Below, one piece after another: positions 54,655 to 64,000 of a stretch of 64,000 bases of DNA (position 1 is its first letter; each line of letters starts with the position of its first letter). The notes under the pieces were generated by a model. That model was not told the origin of the DNA and ran no database searches. It saw only the letters and a program-made list of their open reading frames with translations. The DNA lies in the NCBI GenBank assembly GCA_030141605.1, contig JAQGDQ010000784.1:1-64000 (forward strand), in the 5' to 3' direction. A program made the position numbers and the translations under genes. The stretch is from Tubiluchus corallicola (lineage: Eukaryota > Animalia > Priapulida).

Positions 54655-54944
54655 AATGCAGCCGATTTCGATACTGGGTGCTGACATTTTGCTTGCTGAC
54701 GTCATCAGTTGTAGAGGGCGTTCCTTTGACAACAATGAAACCCACAAATCAGCTAAACGAACTCACGCGATTTCGTAGACTCAGGACTGAGAGAAGCACC
54801 TCTGGTGGTTACAAGTACTGGGAGAGACCGTGTGGACAGGTTATACTGGCGAGGGCAGACGCTTATGACACAAAAAATTTCGTACCTGCAATCAATGCCG
54901 CAATGAGATCAGCGCTCCAAGCGGAGCAAGTGGAAAAGTTACTG
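54655..54944 (+). CDS. Cytokine-like gene exon 2 (signal peptide, basic site, WERPCG motif, helix A)
   Basis: Acceptor ttttacag, donor GTGAGT, 290 nt (phase 1 to 0); hydrophobic YWVLTFCLLTSSVVEG|VP followed by RFRRLR and WERPCG. Confidence 0.85.
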
Positions 54945-55019
54945 GTGAGTTATTGCGTTCTTTTTAACTTTAATTATCAATGATCACGACTCTTATTATC
55001 ATGTTGAGACTAATTTGCT

Positions 55020-56211
<1,192 letters not shown>

Positions 56212-57020
56212 CATATTCGCAAGATGGATTTAAATGTTTAACAAGAATTTAAAAATTAACAATTAGCAAACGTCTCACAATTTTCCTAAAATAAACAGAT
56301 ATCTATGCTCTACTCAAAGTACATTCTGGCAGTGGGTGCAAATAATCTACATTCCGCGCAGTGGGGGTTAAGGAAACACAGGAGAAGGAGTGCTTTGAAT
56401 AAACACACATCGGGAGACCCGAATCAGCCGACCAACCGGATCCATTGCTCTTCCGGTTTTTCTGGCTGCTGGTGTGGGAAAGTTGGCAATAAGCCATCGT
56501 GCTGCTAGAATTTCACGTTCGATACACTCATGCGACAAACTTTTTTCTTCTGGGACAATACAATTTTTTTTATTTAACACTTTTTTCTCTTTCTTTTTCA
56601 CCCTCCTCTCTCTCTCTCTCTCCCTCTTTCTTTCTCTCTTCTTTTATTTAACATTTTGTTTAATACATACATTACATACATAATAACAACTTCAACAGCT
56701 CATTAGTTCCTAAGATTATTAACAACAATTATACGGTTTATGATGCCATTTTCAGTAACGCATTACACATTTAAGCTTGCTGTTAGTTAGTTATGCCTAA
56801 ATATGGTTACACCTTTACAGGCGGTACTATTGAAGTGTTTCACATCGCGACACCAGGGCGGGAGATGATGTTGCAAACAATAAAAAAATATACATGTAAT
56901 TTGAAAACCGCGCCCCGGGTCAGTCTAACAGACACCTGTTATCAAATCCTCATTAGATTTGATGTTCCCATCCGGTTAAAATTCCGGTATGCAGTCACGA
57001 ACATCAGAGCTAAAAACCGT

Positions 57021-57055
<35 letters not shown>

Positions 57056-60000
57056 ATCTTTATTTGCCAATAAAAACATTAATAATCACTGATAAAAACT
57101 TTACAGAGATAATCAATCAGTGTTAGTTAATAAAAACTTACACTGCTGAAGGCAAATGCGTCAGTGCAATCTAAACTACTGTGAAGTAATGGCGAATAAA
57201 ATCAAACATATTTACAACTATACACAAAAAAATAATAAAAAAAATGATTTAATTAATATGGCCGTGGGTATATGAATTCTGAATTAGTGTGTATGTTGTC
57301 GTACTGGTGTGATGGTATTTCATATCTGGTTAATATTAGTGATTTTAATTTTGTTTTAAATGCTGATAGGGACTTGATTCGTTTAACCTGTAATGGTAGA
57401 GAATTCCAAAGTAGAATTGCTTGCTTGATTACAGAGTTCGTTCCATAGTGGGTATTTGTCCTAATTTGTTTTAGATTGCTTGTTCTGGAATTAACGATAG
57501 GATTTGGAAAAAAGGTAAATCTGTTATTCTGGAATGGTTTGCTGATGTTGTTAATGTACTTTAAGGAAACGATTTACTAAACTTTACATCTGAAGTATTA
57601 AAATATACAGATTCCCAAGATAAAAAACTTTCGGCCTTATTTTGCTAAATTAATTAGTGTAGATTTGACCCTCGAAGTTAGCTAATGCATCTTGTTAAAC
57701 GTCAGCAATATGACGTAGCATGAAAGACGTGTGTCTGCCGGTAACTGTTCCAACAAGGTTAGATTGACCTAATTTCTTTTGTTGGCCAGGGCCTAAGATT
57801 TAGTAACATGTTGAAGACACGTTAGCCTCCATTGATAACTATTTGCGCGCATAGAAACTTTCCACGATTCTAACACAGAGACAAAAGAAAGTGAGTCGGT
57901 TTACCCTCCGATGACGTAATCGCGTCAACGAGTCACGAATTAACTTCCCCTCTGGCGAAAATTAATAACATGGTGATACCTTATACGGCTAAATGGAAGG
58001 TTTTTCGTGCGCAACGTTGACTTTTCATTTAATTTTACTGCCAGTGTGAGTAAACGGTTCCAATTCGTTAACAAAATAAGAGGCAAAACTGTGTCATCTT
58101 AAAAGCGGAACTGAAAACGTTAATTTTACAATTTGCGATTACCTTTCACCCGGTTGTAAGCCTACATGTGTCTTCTGCTCACCTGTGAGCTCATCGACCG
58201 ACACCTGGTCACGTGTGATAAGTTGAGCATGTGCACGAGGAATTCTTCTCGGATGACTCAGGGGTTTCCCATGCACTTTCGCGCGTTCAGCACGGGGTAC
58301 GTCTGTTCTCCATACAATGCGCATACTTGTCTACAAAAACAGGCCAAACGTGGCTATTCTTGAGGTGGATTGCACCATTGTTAGCCGAGGAAATGAGTAA
58401 TAGGGAAGGTATCTTCTCGGGGCAAGGTTCTTGTGCAAGGTTCCGCCGTTTTCGGTGTTCTAAAGTAACACAAGGCAGCAGAAGAAACATTGTCTGATCG
58501 CATGAGCTACGCATGCGCTCTAAGACTACAATTATGAGCTCACAGACCGTGCCAAGATTGCATCATACTGAATACGTTTTTTTTACAAACTTGTGTATCG
58601 TTCATTATATATATATATAAGTTATATAAGTTTATTTATTTCCACTCTGCATCTAACAGTTATAATAAAAATACAGATAATTTCCCTGAAGTAAATATAA
58701 ATATAAATGCAATATTATCCAGAAATTACAAAAGAGATTCTTATACAGCATATACATGTGCAAGTTACATTACGGAATAATTTTGATGCATACAGTTTGA
58801 GCCTAAAAGCATAGCTTGACAGGCCAAACTGTACGTGGAAATCTTAAAGAAATGATTAATAATTGAAATAATGATATTATATTCATAAATGTGGGTGGGG
58901 GGAGTAGTGAATGAAAGATTAAATGGAGCGATAACGAAGAAAAACTGTGATCATGATTATAAAGTGTTCAGTAACCTGTTGAGCATAGTCACGTTTTATT
59001 AAGATTACTGTGGAAAAAGAATGCAGGTGATTACCATTATCAAACTGTGTTACTCTCAATACTTTTGAAATATTTCTTTTCTGACGGTTTTTTTACAAGT
59101 TGAAAGGGAATGACGCAACATTATAATGCAACATTGTGGTTATGTCCATGCCTTGAGTATTTAAACGGAAAAAATTTCCAAGATAGTTTAGGCCTGTTAA
59201 GCCCTAGTTATTGCCCTTTATTAATAAGATGGTGGAATAATTTACCCAGTAAAATAAAACTAGCCAGTAATATAAATAAATTTAAGAAACTTTTAAAAAA
59301 ATATTTACTAGAAAATGTTTGATTAGATAAATGATGTAATATGTAAATTTTTTACCATAATTATACAATTTTATCGTACTAATTAAGTTTTCGTCTTTTT
59401 ATCTGCACTTTAATTTATTTGCACCTACTTGTGTGTTTATATTGTATTAACAATTTACTACGTATTTTGTACTTTTAGCTGTAATTTTACTTTCTGTACG
59501 TTGTCGATATGTTTTACGATGTTTTTAATGGACATGCAAGTCTCTTGACTTCAGTTCATAGATGTATTATAAAAAAATAAAGACATTTTATATTTATATT
59601 TATTAGCGCCTTCGAACAAGCACATGTAAAACATGCAGACACGCCCCCTAACATCAAATATTAGAGACCGCCACGACAATGTAAAGTTTGCTGATTTAAC
59701 TCACTTCTTTGAACACACTAATTGTTATATAATATGTTATGAAATTTTGCAACTTTTATGCTGATGTACCTTGTATGCATAACACTGTTTTCAATGCTAT
59801 AACCTTGAGTAAGAAATGTACGTAAAGTGACATTTGGACTAAAACACTAACGTATCGATTGTGGCATTTACCTCGTTCCTCGTGTATACATGTAACTTGT
59901 TTTAGCCAATAAATTACATGCATACATACATAAAATAGATTATAAAACAATTACAATTTCAACATTGAAAAATACTGACACCAAACATACCCAGAACAAA

Positions 60001-60200
60001 CTATATACAAACAACATAGATGGCAGCACATACATGACAATTGTAATACAGACATACTACGGTTCTATGGATATAAAGTACGTGTATTTTTTACAGTTCA
60101 ACATTGGTGTACGTGTTTATCAAAACATATTTTGTAAGCAGTGTTTATGCAAAGGTTATTTCGTCACATTACCACACATTAAAACTATTGAGCCCGTATG

Positions 60201-60467
60201 CAGGGCCAGATTAGGACCTTTCGGAGACCCTAGACTAACGAAATTATTTGGCATCCTTCTAACCCATCCTCAAACAGGATCCTTTATCTCAAATAAGGGG
60301 CCAGAAACAAGGGCCACTTTTTCAACGTTGACATTTTGTTTTAAGTTAATTGAATTACTCAGAATGAAAAAAATTCAAAATATATTCATTTTTCAAGCTT
60401 CTATGCCCCTAAGCTTAAGGGACGCTAGGCTGCAGCCTATACTAGCCTAGAGGATAATGTGACCCTG
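60201..60467. mobile_element. Older hAT MITE
   Basis: CAGGGCCAGATTA / TAATGTGACCCTG termini; decayed TSD CCCGTATG / TCCATACG. Confidence 0.7.
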
Positions 60468-61105
60468 TCCATACGTCATAACAATATGATTAATAAGTCA
60501 ACATCAATGAACTTGTAATATCGTTACTGAAGTTTAGATTAGATCTCGTTATTGCCTGCCATTGTTTATAGTATCAACACTGGTAGCTGTGTTATAATAA
60601 TAAGGGTTGCTATTATTACCTCGTGTCAACAATTAGAATCTCACTGTCACGCTGTCTGACCAACACAGGCGGATGAGCAGAGTTGAACGGATGAGCAGAG
60701 TTGGCTTGACAGGCTTACGTCAAATTCATTAAACGCCATCTGTTGTTTAATGTTTTACTGTTTACAAAATTAATTATTTCTTGCGTCGAACAAACGCTGT
60801 TGTCAGTGCAAACAACGTAACTAAGAATAGCTGCCATTGTTGTTTTAGCACACATTTCGTGTCGTCACAATAAACAATAACAAACGTTAAAAATAATGAT
60901 AAATTCTGCAATTACTTAATGGCGGCTTTCTTGGGAAGCTAGACAACTTTTAACAATGACATCATAATAAAAGTGCGCAAAAGGAAAAGTTCAAACAAAT
61001 TTTTGGATCATTTAAACTCAAAATTTAATAATTATTAAGATGATTACATGTAATAATATTAGAAGTAATAATAATTTTATATACGTTGCTTTCCGTTTCT
61101 TTCAG

Positions 61106-61219
61106 GTTAAACGCTGGGACCCAGAATTTCCCGGTTCAGTAGTGGGACAAACAATGGATCATATCCCACAAACCCCTGAAGATGTGGACGACGCATACCT
61201 GGATGCCGTCGCTATGCAG
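61106..61219 (+). CDS. Cytokine-like gene exon 3
   Basis: Acceptor ttctttcag, donor CAG|GTAAAT, 114 nt, phase 0-0; VKRWDPEFPGSVVGQTMDHIPQTPEDVDDAYLDAVAMQ. Confidence 0.85.
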
Positions 61220-62728
61220 GTAAATTATTTCACCTTACCAACATGCTCACATTTATGCGTTAACGGTACTATAAAACGGGTATGGCAATGGCCAGAATTG
61301 AGAAGAACGAACAATGCCGTTTGAAAATTTCCACAGTAGGATCTTGTGTAGTTTTTCGCCGAATTGCTTCATACAAATTCAATTCAAAGGTTTATTTATC
61401 TCTAATATAATATTTATAACGCAAATACAACAAATTATGTAAAGTATGTAGAGATGGGGTGGCGAAAGACCAGGAGGTCATCGAGTCAGCCACCCCTATA
61501 TAACTTAGAAATATTATAAAGCGCGGCAGACTACATGGTTAGGTCTTAAGTGTAGCAAATAAACAAGATGCAAAGCAGTTACATTATAATTATACCAATG
61601 GAAAAAGGCAAGCAAATAATGCAATTAAAATTTAAAACAACCAGTGAACAAGTCATGAATGCAGCAACAAAAAAGCAAGCAATCTGGTTAAATCATAAAT
61701 GTAATGGGGTTTAAAATCTGAATATGAATGGTACACCGCATGGGTCTAAAACGGTGCGCCTTTGGTATGGAACCTCCGTACATAAAGAGCAAGTAAGAAC
61801 TGTATATCTGAGAAACGTTGTAGTTTACATTTTCTAACTTCAACACTCAAAGTTCTTGACTTCATGGATTCCGCATCTTGCACGCTTTATATTTTTGAGC
61901 ATCAGAACACATTTTATAGTGCTAGGAGGTATATTTACCCGTGTTTTCTACGCCTAGCTCACATGTTTAGAATTTCGTAAACATGCATAATAAAATGATA
62001 AGTTTGCCGGCTTGTGCATGTAATAAAACGTGTAGCTTGTTGGTAATTGTGTACTACTGTGTGGAGCTGCACGTCCTATAAACGCTAAAATGCAGCGGAA
62101 GTTGTTTTTTCGTTAATTCATAGAATTTAATTATCTTTAAATGTTTTTTACTTTATTGGTATCACGCGATGCTACTGTTGTCTAGCGAGCTCATTGCAGA
62201 ATAGCTTAAAATTACATCATGACGCATTTTTTCTCGCGTTTTTCGTTCATAGACATAGACATAGAACATTTATTTTCTCCAATTAGTTTGACATAAAAAG
62301 TTTTTAAATATTATGTAATTATTATCGTGGAGCAGGGCAGGGAAGGACCATAGGGTCATCTAGTCTCCTGCCCTTTCTTGTAAATAGATTAGTATATTAA
62401 AAATAAATGGTGATGCCGCAGATAACAAAAACAAATAAGAAAAAAATAATAATAAAAACAGTATAAATGATACAAATTATCAAAAAAGAAGTGAAAACAA
62501 AAAATAATAAACCACCATGCTAATAGCCTAGTTTTCATTTAGAAATGTCCCTGTTCTTTATCACTAAAGAATATTTGTAATAAAATCTGTGGGCGGAGAT
62601 TTGCTAGGTGCTTATAGCCGTGACTCGGAGGAGGTTATAAAAGTTTTATATTTCATCATTATAAAATAATGAGTTCTTACGCACTAAATGAAATGTGGCA
62701 GATCTTATATTTCCACTTTTTATTTCAG

Positions 62729-63082
62729 TTTGCTATTGAACATCCCCGATTGTTTGAAAGTCTTCAGATATTTGCGGTCAACTTCGAGCAAATCTATCGA
62801 GATGAAGATCGTAGCCGCGGCCCGGACAACTACGCCGAAGCGTACGGCAAGTTAAAGGACAAGATGAAAGAGATGATGTGCTACATGGAGATGAACATTG
62901 CCGCCATGGGCCACCGGAAACGGCAACCGGTAGTGACGGAAGATTTCATGCCGCAAGAAGTGAGAGAGATGCAGGGGGCGGAGCAGGACTACAGAGACTA
63001 CATCACCATCAGGGACTATAGGAAAATGTTGATATATATATCAGCAGTATACGGTAGAATGCAAGAAATTAATTACTTTTAA
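62729..63082 (+). CDS. Cytokine-like gene exon 4 (helices B-D, stop)
   Basis: Acceptor tatttcag; 117 aa FAIEHPRLFESLQIFAVNFEQI...MMCYMEM...RDYITIRDYRKMLIYISAVYGRMQEINYF then TAA; GC-rich coding composition. Confidence 0.88.
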   Translation, partial: FAIEHPRLFESLQIFAVNFEQIYRDEDRSRGPDNYAEAYGKLKDKMKEMMCYMEMNIAAMGHRKRQPVVTEDFMPQEVREMQGAEQDYRDYITIRDYRKMLIYISAVYGRMQEINYF

Positions 63083-63319
63083 CAATAGATAAGTTTAAAG
63101 TGTTGTATAGTGTTATCAACTGTTTTATGTCCAGACAGAAATAGAGTTATCGTTAGTAAGCGAGAGAGCTTTACAAAGATTCCAAAAGATGGAGCAACCT
63201 GTCAGGGATCATTATTTTTCCAGATCCTTTCTGAAGGATATATTAAATAACGCCCACTGTAAATATAGAACCCCAAAACAGTTGAATATATAGAGCTGTG
63301 GTTGCGCTAGGATGCCAAT

Positions 63320-63375
63320 TAAGTTATTTTATTTGTTATTTATTATTACATTGTAAATACGAGAGAAGATTTATG
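63320..63375 (+). promoter_or_regulatory. AU-rich element in the 3'UTR of the cytokine-like gene
   Basis: TTATTTATT nonamer at 63336-63344 within a U-rich stretch, plus a further ATTTA at ~63369. Confidence 0.5.
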
Positions 63376-64000
63376 TAACAATTTTTGTAATGAGTTGTGT
63401 TTCTGCTTAAACCATGCAGGAAAGCCTTTTTTCAAAACAATCGGTGCTTTACGTTAGCAGAGAAGAGCAAATACGTGTAGCTGGTTTATATTTTGTATAA
63501 TTTGTTTAAAGCTAGTAGAAATAGCTAGACCACCCATGCAGAACATACTGGTGACTTTAGACATCCAAAACTTTATACTAATATTAAGCCACTTTTTAAA
63601 TTTTGTTCTAATGATGTTTTGAAGTATATAACAAACTCAGTTTAAAAAGAAAGTATAAGACACCATGCTTTCCCCCAAGAATGTCTGTTAAATCTGATAT
63701 TGTATTATGAAGATAATAGTTGCTTCTGCGGCAGTCTGGAAAAGCTGCAACAATCAGTAGCTGAATAGTGCTGCCATCTAGGTAACAGTACAGTAAGCTA
63801 ATCAGACACAATGCTGTCTGTTGTCGAACTTCAGATAAATTAATTTATGAAAATTTTAACACTCTGCAAACCAACTTTCAGTTTTAATTAATAATGGGAA
63901 AGGAATTTTTTAAAAGAATTTTAAAAGATTCACTGCATTATTTATTTGTGGCAATTATTATTTATTATAAGCCTATAATCTTAAGCATGGTTTTCTATGC

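Noticed and set aside
58139-58514. Overlapping short ORFs as extra exons of the cytokine-like gene
   Set aside because: Exons 2 and 3 already join in phase; there is no clean splice pair or homology; better explained as regulatory DNA

Overview
AT-rich, intron-containing animal genomic DNA. It is probably a non-insect invertebrate; the 5S-derived sequence resembles lophotrochozoan 5S, but the taxon is uncertain. There is one ~1 kb assembly gap. Two divergently oriented spliced genes were reconstructed by hand. (1) Minus strand: 8 in-phase coding exons (13309 down to 1358) of an MFSD10-type MFS transporter whose 3' end lies left of the window. (2) Plus strand: a complete 4-exon gene (51880-63082, 269 aa) encoding a secreted helical protein. 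It has a W-x-x-P-C-G motif, only two mature cysteines and a 1-0-0 intron phase pattern, a TATA+Inr promoter with CRE and kB-like sites, and an AU-rich 3'UTR. This is most consistent with an Unpaired/IL-6-type class I helical cytokine and is the top candidate in the window. The remainder is mobile DNA and repeats: several hAT, piggyBac and Tc1/pogo MITEs with TSDs, a 5S-headed RTE-tailed SINE (2 copies), a tRNA SINE, LINE 3' fragments including two inverted pairs, a heat-shock-element LTR-like promoter inside an MFSD10 intron, and many mini- and microsatellites. Nearly all long ORFs in the supplied track are repeat artefacts.
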